A DNA stretch of 64,000 bases from Candidatus Marinacidobacterales bacterium (GTDB lineage Bacteria; Acidobacteriota; Vicinamibacteria; Marinacidobacterales; SMYC01). The position numbers and the translations under genes are program-made. Below are positions 1-8,945 of this stretch, piece by piece. Positions within the stretch are counted from its first letter, which is position 1. Each line of letters begins with the position of its first letter. The notes below the pieces were generated by a model. The model searched no databases, was not told where the DNA came from, and saw nothing but the letters and a program-made list of their open reading frames with translations. The DNA lies in assembly GCA_965224085.1 (NCBI GenBank), contig CBDCYI010000004.1, positions 1,792,001 through 1,856,000 of the forward strand, written 5' to 3'.

Positions 1-524
1 TCGTGACAGCGCCGCGACGAGAACTCCGAGTTCACCACGATCCGCGTCACGAGCGGCGAGACAAAAAAGCGCCACAAGCGCTCGTAAAAACGTCCTCGCT
101 CCGGCGCGTTCGGAACGCGCATGATCACCGTGCGCCCGAGAAGCCGCAGAACCGCGAGAGCGGGCGCGTTCCTCAAGACCGCGCCGAGCTCCGGCAAGAG
201 CACGTGCGTAGCCCTAAAACGGAAACTGTCGCGAAGCATGCCCAGGCTCGTGAGCAAAATGTCCCAGGCCAAGCGCAAGATGCGCACCGGATTCCTTGTA
301 TGTCGGTCGAGGTCGACCAAATATCGACCTGTCGACCAGCTCGCGCCAAGTTCGTCGACGACGGGGTGAATCCGCTCGTTGCCCCAAGAGTTCAGGATGA
401 AGTGAACCGCAACCCCCTTCGAACGCAGCGAGCGAACCACCTCGAAAGTCAGCCGCTCCATTCCCGAGATGATGACCATCCCTCCGCCGCAAACGATCAC
501 GCGGGGTCGATCTTGGGCGCTCAC
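1..524 (-). CDS. Glycosyltransferase (GT4-like) N-terminal part, runs off the window edge; frame disrupted near the 5' end
   Basis: Manual translation gives 'VIISGMERLTFEVV..HFILNSWGNE..HVLLPELGAVLRNAP..RIVVNSEFS'; directly downstream of a GT4 gene in the same orientation. Confidence 0.55.
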   Translation of the reverse strand, partial: MSAQDRPRVIVCGGGMVIISGMERLTFEVVRSLRSKGVAVHFILNSWGNERIHPVVDELGASWSTGRYLVDLDRHTRNPVRILRLAWDILLTSLGMLRDSFRFRATHVLLPELGAVLRNAPALAVLRLLGRTVIMRVPNAPERGRFYERLWRFFVSPLVTRIVVNSEFSSRRCH

Positions 525-532
525 CTAAGGGC

Positions 533-1720
533 CTAAGCCACCACCGTCTCGCAAGCGAGAACGAGGCCTCTAGTGGCGTGCTCGTAGGAATATTGGCTCA
601 CGCGATCGCGACACTTCGCCCTACGCACCACGCCGTCCGCCTTCTCCAAACGGAGTCGCGTCAGCTCACACGCCAGGGCTTGGACGTTGCCTGCAGGAAA
701 GACCTCGCCGGTCTCGCCGGGGACGATCAAATCAGGCGCGCAGCCCACACCGTCGCTCACGACACAAGGGAGTCCTGTAGCCAAAGCCTCATTGACGACG
801 AGTCCCCAAGTCTCGTGCTCGCTCGGTAAAACGAGACAGTCCGACGTCGCATAGGCACGCCCTAATTCACTTTGATTCTGAAAGCCGCGCCAAACTACCG
901 GGATATCTTTTCGCTGCGCCTCCTCGCGGCACCGCGACTCGAGCCCGCCACTTCCCGCCACCAAGAAGACGCATTCCGCGCTCATGGCGTGGATGGCTTC
1001 GATGACATCGAGAGGTCGTTTATCTGGAACGAGCTTGCCGACGAAGAGCGCGACGAAGGCATCCTCGGCTATCCCCCACCCGCGGCGGGCTTCAGCTCGA
1101 AGCTCCGTGCCGGCAAAGGCCTCCGCTTCTCGCGCGAAAAACGCGTTGTCCACGGCGTGCGGTGAATCGAATACGCGATCCGTCGGCGCGACGAAATACT
1201 CCAAATACGCGTGCGCTAGAGCACCCACACTCAACCAAGCATCGAAGCGACCGAGAAGGAAACGCGTGCGCCTTTGCCAGGCCCAACGCCTCACGCCCGA
1301 TCGATTTCCTGCGAGATTCGTGTCGCCTCGATAGACGAGCGGGATGCCCGCTCGTCGGCACTCCCAAATCGCGCGGAGCAGATAAGCGGAATGCCAGCCG
1401 CTCACGAGCGCGACGTCAGGCGCCGTAGCGCGGATGGCACCACCGAGCTCGGCAACATCCAAACCAAAGAAATGCTGACTCGAGATCGAATCACTGTCCT
1501 TCGTCGTGCGCAGCACTTGGTTGCAATAGCCCTCGCGAAGAGAGCCATCCCACGTGAACGCGCGGGCGAACGCTACACCCTGTTGATTTGCGGTAGGCTC
1601 GATCGCGTAGAGCACGGTCAAGTCCAGCTCGGGAGCTTCTTGCGCGATGAAACGAAACCACGGCGAAAAATACTGGATCGGATGGGTCATAAACACCGTA
1701 AGTCGAATCCGTCGATTCAT
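533..1720 (-). CDS. Glycosyltransferase family 4 protein
   Basis: THPIQY N-terminus, LFVGKLVPDKRP, LVLPSEHETWGLVVNEALATGLPCVVSDGVGC (GT-B EX7E motif). Confidence 0.9.
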   Translation of the reverse strand: MNRRIRLTVFMTHPIQYFSPWFRFIAQEAPELDLTVLYAIEPTANQQGVAFARAFTWDGSLREGYCNQVLRTTKDSDSISSQHFFGLDVAELGGAIRATAPDVALVSGWHSAYLLRAIWECRRAGIPLVYRGDTNLAGNRSGVRRWAWQRRTRFLLGRFDAWLSVGALAHAYLEYFVAPTDRVFDSPHAVDNAFFAREAEAFAGTELRAEARRGWGIAEDAFVALFVGKLVPDKRPLDVIEAIHAMSAECVFLVAGSGGLESRCREEAQRKDIPVVWRGFQNQSELGRAYATSDCLVLPSEHETWGLVVNEALATGLPCVVSDGVGCAPDLIVPGETGEVFPAGNVQALACELTRLRLEKADGVVRRAKCRDRVSQYSYEHATRGLVLACETVVA

Positions 1721-3045
1721 GGCTTACGCGTGACCTGATCGAAAACGCCCGCCAAACGTCCAGCGAGAGCGCGGGCGGAAAAATCCTCGACGACGCCCGG
1801 GTCGGCGCCTGCCGCTGTTTCGGCGGGTTGGTCGCAAAGTGCTTTGAGCCGTTCGTAGATGGCGTCGACACGTTGCAACGCCCCTCGTTCGCGATTGTAG
1901 GTAATGAGTCGAATACCCGGCGCTTCCCCTGCCCGGCGTAAGATCGAGACAACGCTGCTTTTCTCATGAAAGACAGCCAGTAGGGGTCGCCCCGCCATGA
2001 GCGCGGGATAGAGCTTGCTCGCGGTGTAATGCGCCTCGCTGCTCCCCATCAAGAGAATCGCGCTCGAGTTTGCGAGCACGTTTAGCGCGTCCAAATAGTC
2101 GATGCGGGCCGGCCGCTCGTCGACGACATCCGCGACGCCGAGCCGCTCCGCTTCTGGCAATACACGCCCGGGCGCGTTCTCCGTCGTCTGGTTGCTCGTT
2201 CCGTAGAAATGAAGGCTCAAGCGCGCATAGGCCTCTGGGCGTCCGTCTCGGAGACATCCCACCGCTTCGAGCACCGCGCGAAGGGTCTCGAAGCCGAGGG
2301 GCAGGAGAGTCCCTACATAGGAAATGTGGAGCCGCCCGTCATGGGCATCGAAATAAGGGTTGGGACGCGCTTGGGCACGGAGTGTTTCGAAATCCCGGCG
2401 GTCCGAGCCGATCGGTATCTCGACGCAAGGTGTATTCTCCGCCGCGCGGATGCGCTTTTGCACCGCACGAAAAGTCCCTTCGGACACGGCGGTGATGGCA
2501 TCGGCCGCACGCACCGCCACGGGTTCGAGACGAAGCGCCAGCGCTCGCGACACCCGGCTCTTCAAATCCGGGGTTCCGTTCTTGCCGCCCCCCGTCATCT
2601 GGCCCCAAGAAGACACCCACGGATCCTGATAGTCGAGCACCAAGGGGAGCGAAGCCTTCCGCTTCAACGCCGGTCCCATCAAAGCGGGATAGGTCGGATA
2701 GATGGTGATGAAGACACAGTCGAACGTCTCGCGTAGGACCAGTTCGAGTGCCGCGCGACGAAGGCCACAATAGGCGCGAAGGCCGAGATCTCCCACGCGC
2801 ATCACGCGCGTCCATCGCGGCGACCATGCACGGATCCGGACCACGCGCAGCTCCGGCGGAACGAGCTTCTCGAGATCCCAATCGAGCCGCCCTTCATAGT
2901 CCCGCGGATCGACTGTCAAGACGGTGGGCTCGAAACCGAAGGTCGGCAGATGTGGGGCGATCAGCCGGACACGGTGAGTGCCTGCTGACGTGTCCGGCGG
3001 GAAATGCGGGCTCACCATCAATACGCGGCGCACGTCTATGGACAT
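1717..3045 (-). CDS. Glycosyltransferase (GT4-like)
   Basis: VLMVSPHFPP N-terminus, LDYQDPW, YVGTL, ASKLYPALMAGRPLL; ATG at 3045 lies just after the upstream stop codon. Confidence 0.85.
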   Translation of the reverse strand: MSIDVRRVLMVSPHFPPDTSAGTHRVRLIAPHLPTFGFEPTVLTVDPRDYEGRLDWDLEKLVPPELRVVRIRAWSPRWTRVMRVGDLGLRAYCGLRRAALELVLRETFDCVFITIYPTYPALMGPALKRKASLPLVLDYQDPWVSSWGQMTGGGKNGTPDLKSRVSRALALRLEPVAVRAADAITAVSEGTFRAVQKRIRAAENTPCVEIPIGSDRRDFETLRAQARPNPYFDAHDGRLHISYVGTLLPLGFETLRAVLEAVGCLRDGRPEAYARLSLHFYGTSNQTTENAPGRVLPEAERLGVADVVDERPARIDYLDALNVLANSSAILLMGSSEAHYTASKLYPALMAGRPLLAVFHEKSSVVSILRRAGEAPGIRLITYNRERGALQRVDAIYERLKALCDQPAETAAGADPGVVEDFSARALAGRLAGVFDQVTRKP

Positions 3046-3046
3046 C

Positions 3047-3865
3047 TCACGGGTCATCTCTGGGATCTCGAGCGTCGATCGCCCGCTCGCCCCCATAGAG
3101 GCGGAAATAGTCGTCGGCGATCGCATCCATCGTTCGTGGCGCCGGGAGCGCATCCCGCCATACGGCGAGGGTCTTGCGAGGCGCAGCGACGACCTCCTCG
3201 ATCGCGGCGGCGAGCGCCGCGGGCTTGCCGGGCGTCACGAGCCGACCGCTCACTCCGTCCTCGATGATCTCGGCAAGCCCACCGATACGCGTCCCGATCA
3301 CTGGTGTTCCCACGGCATGGGCCTCGAGTGCGGGGATCTTCGAGAGCACGGCGCCCGCGCTTCGCACCAGAGAGCCGTTCGAGACGACGCAAGCGGTACA
3401 TTTGCCGGGTGCGGCGAGGCCGTCGCAAAGCTCGCGACCCCGGCGCATCATCGTACCCCTCTGGCAAACATATCCGAGACCCGGCGTGTGAAAGGTGACG
3501 ATGACGCGAGCACCGAGGCGCTTCGCCACCTTCAATTCGTCGAGCCCTAGTCCCGTCACGAGCGAGTGACAATGAAAGATGGCGGGAGACTTTGTCTCGA
3601 GCCAGCGATGTAACGCCTCCACTCCCGGGACCGGTTCCCGGCCTTGCGCCTGCGCTCGATTTGGGAATGCGGGGATCGGGTAGCGGAAAACTTCGACGCC
3701 CTCGACTTCGTACGAGTGACCTTCGATAATTCTTGAGTCCGGCACCGCGATCGCGACGCGATAGCCATGGTGGCGGAGTCTCCGCGCGAGAGCTCGAACG
3801 TAGATTTCGGTGCCCCCGAGTTTTTCGGGAAAATACCACCCAAGCGCCTGGACGACGGTCGTCAT
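3047..3865 (-). pseudogene. GT4 glycosyltransferase with an in-frame internal deletion
   Basis: N-terminal domain (GWYFPEKLGGTEIYV..TFHTPG..CQRGTMM) is joined near 3330 directly to the tail 'ALEAHAVGTPVIGTRIGGLAEII'; most of the C-terminal Rossmann domain is absent (only 272 aa). Confidence 0.7.
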
Positions 3866-5779
3866 GCCCCCACCATCCGCCAGGCTACCGGACGAATCTC
3901 TTGAGCCGGCAGATCTTCACGAGACGATGCGCCGATGGCCTGGAGCCGTTCGAGCCATGTGCTATAGGCTATGAGCGCCCACGGACGCGACCAGTGCACA
4001 CGCCCACGCGAGAGCGCGTCCCAGAGCCGGTCCACCGCTTGGCTCTCGAAAATTCCTGGCGCGAGCGCCCGCTCGCTGAGCTCCTCGCGGTGGTCGACGA
4101 GCCAGCTTTGAAAAGGGAGGGTGAAGCCTTGTTTCGGCCGGTCCCATACTTCCCGCGGAAGGGGCACATCGAGAGCACGCATCAAGAGCGGTTTGTTGAC
4201 ACGGCGTGAAAACTTGACGTGATGCGGCAGTCGAAATACGGCCTCCACGAGCGCGTGGTCCAGGAATGGCACGCGCGCTTCGAGTGAGTGCGTCATGCTC
4301 ATGACATCCGTATCGCGAAGAAGTTGATGTGGCAGGTAGATCCCGAACTCGAGCCGCATGGCGCTTCGGAGAAGATCGTCGCCCTCGAGCGTTGACGGTA
4401 GATCTCCCCGTATCTCGTACGGCTCGCTTCCAGGGACGAGCTCTAAGATTTGCCCCGGACTGAACAGACCACGAAAAAGAAGATAGAGATTGCGCGCGTT
4501 CACGCTCGCGAGATATTCGAGCTTGCCACCCGAGTGCCCCGCCATCGACGCGCTCACCAAAGGAAGCGAGGTGCCTTCGCGCAAAACGCGGAGAACGCTC
4601 GAGCCATCGGACGAACGGGGCGAGAGCGCGCAACTTTCGGAAGTGGGGATAGCCGAGAAACACTTCGTCGCCGCCGACGCCGCTAAGCACGACGGTGAGG
4701 CCGGCCTGGCGGGCGGCGTGTGAGACGAAAAAGCTGTTCACGCCGTCGACGGTGGGTGAATCCATCGCTCTAAACACATCCGGCAGTGCGCCGAGGAAAT
4801 CCTGGCCGTCGAGACGTATCTCTCGATGGTCGGTGCCGTATCTTTGCGCGACGACACGGGCATAGCGAGCTTCATTCAGCCCCGGCTCGTCGAAAACAAC
4901 GGAAAGGGTCGTGACCTTGGAGCTCGAGAACTTCGCCGCGAGTGCGATGAGCGTGGCGGAATCCATACCGCCGCTCGAGAAGACGCCGAGAGGGACGTCG
5001 CTGACGAGCCGCATACGGACGGACTCCGCGAGGAGCTCTCGCACGTGCTCGATGTCATCGTCTCGCGCATCGTTAATGGCTGCGGGAGCAGGCAGGCTCC
5101 AGTAGCGATGGACGCTCCGCGAACCCTTGCACACCTCCATATAGTGCGCGGGCTCGAGCATGAACACGCCTTCTACAGCGGTTCCCGGTCCGGGGACGGA
5201 ACCAAGAGCCAGAAAAGACGTGAGCGCCGCCTCGGCAGGCTTCGCAGGAACGAGCCCGCTCGCGACGATCGCCGATAGCTCCGAGGCAAATACGAGCCGG
5301 TCTTCCCCTTCGGCATAGTAAAGCGGTTTGATCCCTAGGCGATCCCGCACGAGATAGAGCTTCCGTTCGTGCAGCGGGCGAGCGTCGTAGAGAGCGAAAG
5401 CGAACATGCCACAGAGTCGCGGCAAAAGTCCTTGGAGGCCCCAGGACTCGTAGCCGTGAATAAGGACTTCGAAATCCGAATTCGAGCGAAAACGGTGTCC
5501 AGAAGCGCGTAGCTCCGCACGAAGCGCCTCGAAGTTGTAAATCTCCCCATTGAAGCTAACCCAGACATCACCCGTTTCATTCGGCATCGGCTGCCGCGCG
5601 GAGGCGGTGAGGTCGATCACGGCGAGCCGGGCGTGACCCAATAGCACGCTAGAAGTGCTGAAGGCGCCTTCGTCATCGGGGCCGCGATGGGCTTCGGCGC
5701 GCAACATCCGCGCGAGCGCCAAACGATCCATTGCGTCGATCCGCCCACTTCGACGAACGACACCGCCAATGCCACACAT
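3862..5779 (-). pseudogene. asnB: Asparagine synthase (glutamine-hydrolysing), polysaccharide-locus type; one frameshift near 4560-4590
   Basis: MCGIGG N-terminus, HRGPD, FNGEIYN, RDRLGIKPLYY, SSGGMDS, LSGVGGDE; C-terminal 'DVMSMTHSLEARVPFLDH' is in the other frame (ORF 3862..4584). Confidence 0.85.
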
Positions 5780-5845
5780 TTTTTTGGAGGAATGCTTTCG
5801 TTAAAGATGATAAGCCTTCTTCGCACAAAAGGCTACGAGGAAGCT

Positions 5846-5874
5846 TTGACAGAGTCGCCCGTCGCCGCTAGACT
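5846..5874 (+). promoter_or_regulatory. Sigma70-type promoter upstream of the Wza-like gene
   Basis: TTGACA-17 nt-TAGACT. Confidence 0.6.
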
Positions 5875-5908
5875 TGAAATAACCTTTTCTTCACAAGACA
5901 AATCGACC

Positions 5909-6360
5909 GTGTCAACTCTCGTGGTTCTGAGTTTCGCCGTTTCCTATGCCCTCGGCTTGCAAGCAACGGCGAATTCCAACATCCCTTCCAATGTGAGCAT
6001 CCAGCCCGGCGAAGTTCCTCTGAGCCTGTTCTTTCGTACGGCCACCCGAGAGAACATAGATTACCGACTGGGGCGCGAGGACGTCATCGAGATTCGCGTA
6101 TTCGAGCTCGACCAGCTCAACCGAACGGTGCGGATCTCGGGTGACGGGAGCATCGAGCTGCCTCTTGTCGGACGGTTGCCCGCTTCGGGCATGACAGCGG
6201 AGGAGCTTGCGGAGGAGGTCGCGTCACACCTGCGCGATCGCTACGTCCAGAATCCCCAGGTCTCGATTTTCATCCTCGAGTTCAACTCGCGAAAGGTTTC
6301 TCTTCTCGGTGCTGTGCAAGCGCCAGCGTCCTACGCCCTCTTAGGCCAGCGACGTACCGC
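5909..6360 (+). pseudogene. Polysaccharide export (Wza/Poly_export + SLBB) protein, 3'-truncated
   Basis: DYRLGREDVIEIRVF..GSIELPLVGRL..YVQNPQVSIFI..VSLLGAVQAP; similarity ends at 'GQRRT' and the ORF reads on into unrelated sequence to 6505. Confidence 0.75.
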
Positions 6361-6577
6361 GCTCTCGAGCAAGCTCCGTCTTTCTATCAGTCGCCGTTCC
6401 TCCTCGCAGCGTTCTACGCGAACCGTCTCGAGCAGCCAGAACGGATCGAGCAGAGTTTCGAGGCCGCGATTCGCCGGTTTCCCGCCAATGGGCGACTTCA
6501 TTTGACTTTTGCCGAGTGGCTCTTGACGCCGCGTATGACGGGGCCGTATCGCGCCTATCGCGAGACGGAGGGCTAGA

Positions 6578-7544
6578 GTGGGCTCTGGAATCGTGCTCCT
6601 GATGCTCACCGTTTGGATCGCCCTCTCGCTCGCGCCGCTCCCTTCCTCTTTGCTGTCCATCCTCTCGCCTCGAGCGCTTCAGCTCAAGACCGAGGCTTTG
6701 AGCTTGAGCAGCGCTTCCGGGGAGGCCACGGCGTTCGCGTGGAGTCTCGTTCCGTTTGCTCTTGATGCACTATCGAGAAGGCATTCATCTCGCCCGCGAC
6801 AAAACGAGCGCTCAAGAAGCCAAAGCTCGTACCGTGCTCTTGGGATTAGGCGTCGGCGTGATCGCTCTCAGCTTGCTATTTTCACTATCGCGCTCCGGCG
6901 TGACCTTCGCCATGATCGGTTGCGCCTTTTTCTTCTACGCGACCCGGAGTCGCGGCGAGTCACGAGGCTTGCTCGCGGCGGGCGCTATCGTCCTCACGGT
7001 GAGTGCGCTTTGGATCGGCGTTCACCCGCTTCTCTCCCGCTTCGAGGCCATTGAGCTCACGAGTGAGCAACAAGGCCGTGCGCTCGTCTGGCGGGACAGC
7101 CTCGATACAGTCTCCGATTTCTGGCTTGCCGGGTCCGGGATGAGCTCGTTTCAATACATCTTCCCTGCTTATCGAAGCTTCGGTGGGCGACGCTTCTTCT
7201 CCTGGGCCCACAACGACTACCTGCAGCTCGCGGTAGAGCTTGGGTTGCCAGGTCTCTTCTTGTGCGGGCTGCTGTTGTTCTGGATCGTCGGCCGGGCCGT
7301 CCAGGTACGCCAAAAACTCGCCCACCAAACAAGGCTTCGCGATCTGCATGCCGGCTATTGTGGCGCGACCCTCGCTGTCTCACTCCATAGCTTTACCGAC
7401 TTCGGCCTCCATCTGCCAGCGAATGCCGCTCTTTTTGCCGTTGTCCTCGGAGTGGTGACGGGTCTCTCGCCATTGCGCCGCTCGGCGAAGAGCGCGACGG
7501 CCAAGGGGGACAAAAGACTCCGTCGTTCACCGCCTATTGCTTGA
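6578..7544 (+). pseudogene. O-antigen ligase/Wzy-like membrane protein, fragmented (5' loss and internal deletion/frameshift near 6755)
   Basis: LSLAPLP N-terminal piece; SLSRSG, R..VWRDS, GSGMSSF, AHNDYLQLAVELG, HSFTDFGLHLPAN in ORF 6756..7544. Confidence 0.75.
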
Positions 7545-7654
7545 TGCGCATTCCGTTCACGTTTTTGGAGCTGGTCTAGCTTGAAACCCAACAAATCGCT
7601 TTGCACACATCCCCACATCCCCATTTCTTACGGTTGTTGGCAGCCTGCTAGAGC

Positions 7655-7684
7655 TTGACGGGCCGCGGCCCGTTCCTCTACGCT
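7655..7684 (+). promoter_or_regulatory. Sigma70-type promoter, short leader
   Basis: TTGACG-18 nt-TACGCT ending 10 nt before ATG 7695. Confidence 0.4.
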
Positions 7685-7694
7685 CTTCGCGTCA

Positions 7695-8759
7695 ATGACA
7701 TCCTTACCCGACGGGAAGCTCCCGAATCAGCTCTTGAAAGAGCTTTTGGCGAAGCTGGCTATGGACGATGTCCATCTCAAAGTCGGCCCTTCACCCGGAG
7801 AGGACGCCGCCGCCATCGACCGTGGCGATCACTATCTCTTGCTCGCGGCGGATCCGATCACGTTTTTGCCGCAGCGCATCGGATGGTACGCCGTACACGT
7901 CAATGCCAACGACATCGCGGCCATGGGCGGCACGCCAAAATATTTCATGTCGACGGTCTTGCTTCCCTCGGGCGCGGCTACCGACGAGATGGTGCGCGAC
8001 ATTCTCGGGGATATCGCGGCCGCGTGCCGCGAGCTCGGATGTCTCGCCGTCGGAGGTCATACCGAAGTCACCGGTGGCATCGACCGTCCGATCGTGGCGG
8101 GCGCGATGGTTGGCGAGGTCGAACGGGAGCGGCTCGTCACGTCGCAAGGCGCTCGGCCGGGCGACATGCTCCTTTTGACCAAAGGTGTCGCGATAGAAGC
8201 AACGGCGATCCTCGCACAGGAGCGTCCGCAGGAGATTCGCGAAAGCTTCGGCGAAGAGTTTCTCGACAAGGCGGCGCGCTTTCTCGACGATCCTGGACTC
8301 TCGGTGCTTCCCGATAGCCGCGCGGCGGTCGCCGCTGGCGGTGTCACCGCCATGCACGACGTGACGGAAGGAGGCGTCACAACGGCGCTCTGGGAGCTTG
8401 CGGAGGCCTCGGACGTGGGTCTCGTCGTGAGCGAAACCGAGATCCCCCGCTTTTGGGAGTCGAGCTCGCTGGCCGAGCGGTTTCATTTCAACGTTCTCGG
8501 CGCTATCGGTTCAGGAGCGCTCGTTCTCACCGTCGGTGAGAGCGAGACCGAAGGGGTGCTCGAGAGTCTCGAGAGCCACAGCGTCGAGGGGTTCGTGATT
8601 GGCCGCGTGGTCGAGCAAGACCAGGGGATACATTTGATGCGCGGCAAAGAAAAGACCACGCTGCCGAGGTTCACGACGGACGAGATCTCTCGCGTCCTCG
8701 GAATGTCCGGAGATGTCGTCCTCGGAACGTTTGAAGATCCAGAAAGTGACGTGAGCTGA
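7695..8759 (+). CDS. AIR synthase-related (PurM/HypE/ThiL superfamily) protein
   Basis: GKLP, GEDAA, DPIT, VNANDIAAMGG, GGHTEVT, MHDVTEGG. Confidence 0.85.
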   Translation: MTSLPDGKLPNQLLKELLAKLAMDDVHLKVGPSPGEDAAAIDRGDHYLLLAADPITFLPQRIGWYAVHVNANDIAAMGGTPKYFMSTVLLPSGAATDEMVRDILGDIAAACRELGCLAVGGHTEVTGGIDRPIVAGAMVGEVERERLVTSQGARPGDMLLLTKGVAIEATAILAQERPQEIRESFGEEFLDKAARFLDDPGLSVLPDSRAAVAAGGVTAMHDVTEGGVTTALWELAEASDVGLVVSETEIPRFWESSSLAERFHFNVLGAIGSGALVLTVGESETEGVLESLESHSVEGFVIGRVVEQDQGIHLMRGKEKTTLPRFTTDEISRVLGMSGDVVLGTFEDPESDVS

Positions 8760-8932
8760 TGTCGAGCGCGGCGACGCTCGCGCTCCCGGCGTCGGCAGGG
8801 TTTCTCCTTTTCGGACTTGTCACAGGCGTTTGGAAGTAGATGACCTTCGGGATGCTCCTTCTCATCGTGGGTGAGTTCGGCAGCATTTCCGTTCTCGTCT
8901 GGCGCTTTCTCGTTTATGCAACGAACCACTGA
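8759..8932 (+). pseudogene. Small membrane protein remnant with an in-frame stop
   Basis: ATG overlaps the upstream TGA; reads MSSAATLALPASAGFLLFGLVTGVWK*MTFGMLLLIVGEFGSISVLVWRFLVY; looks like N- and C-termini joined by deletion. Confidence 0.45.
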
Positions 8933-8945
8933 TACAGGACAGTGC

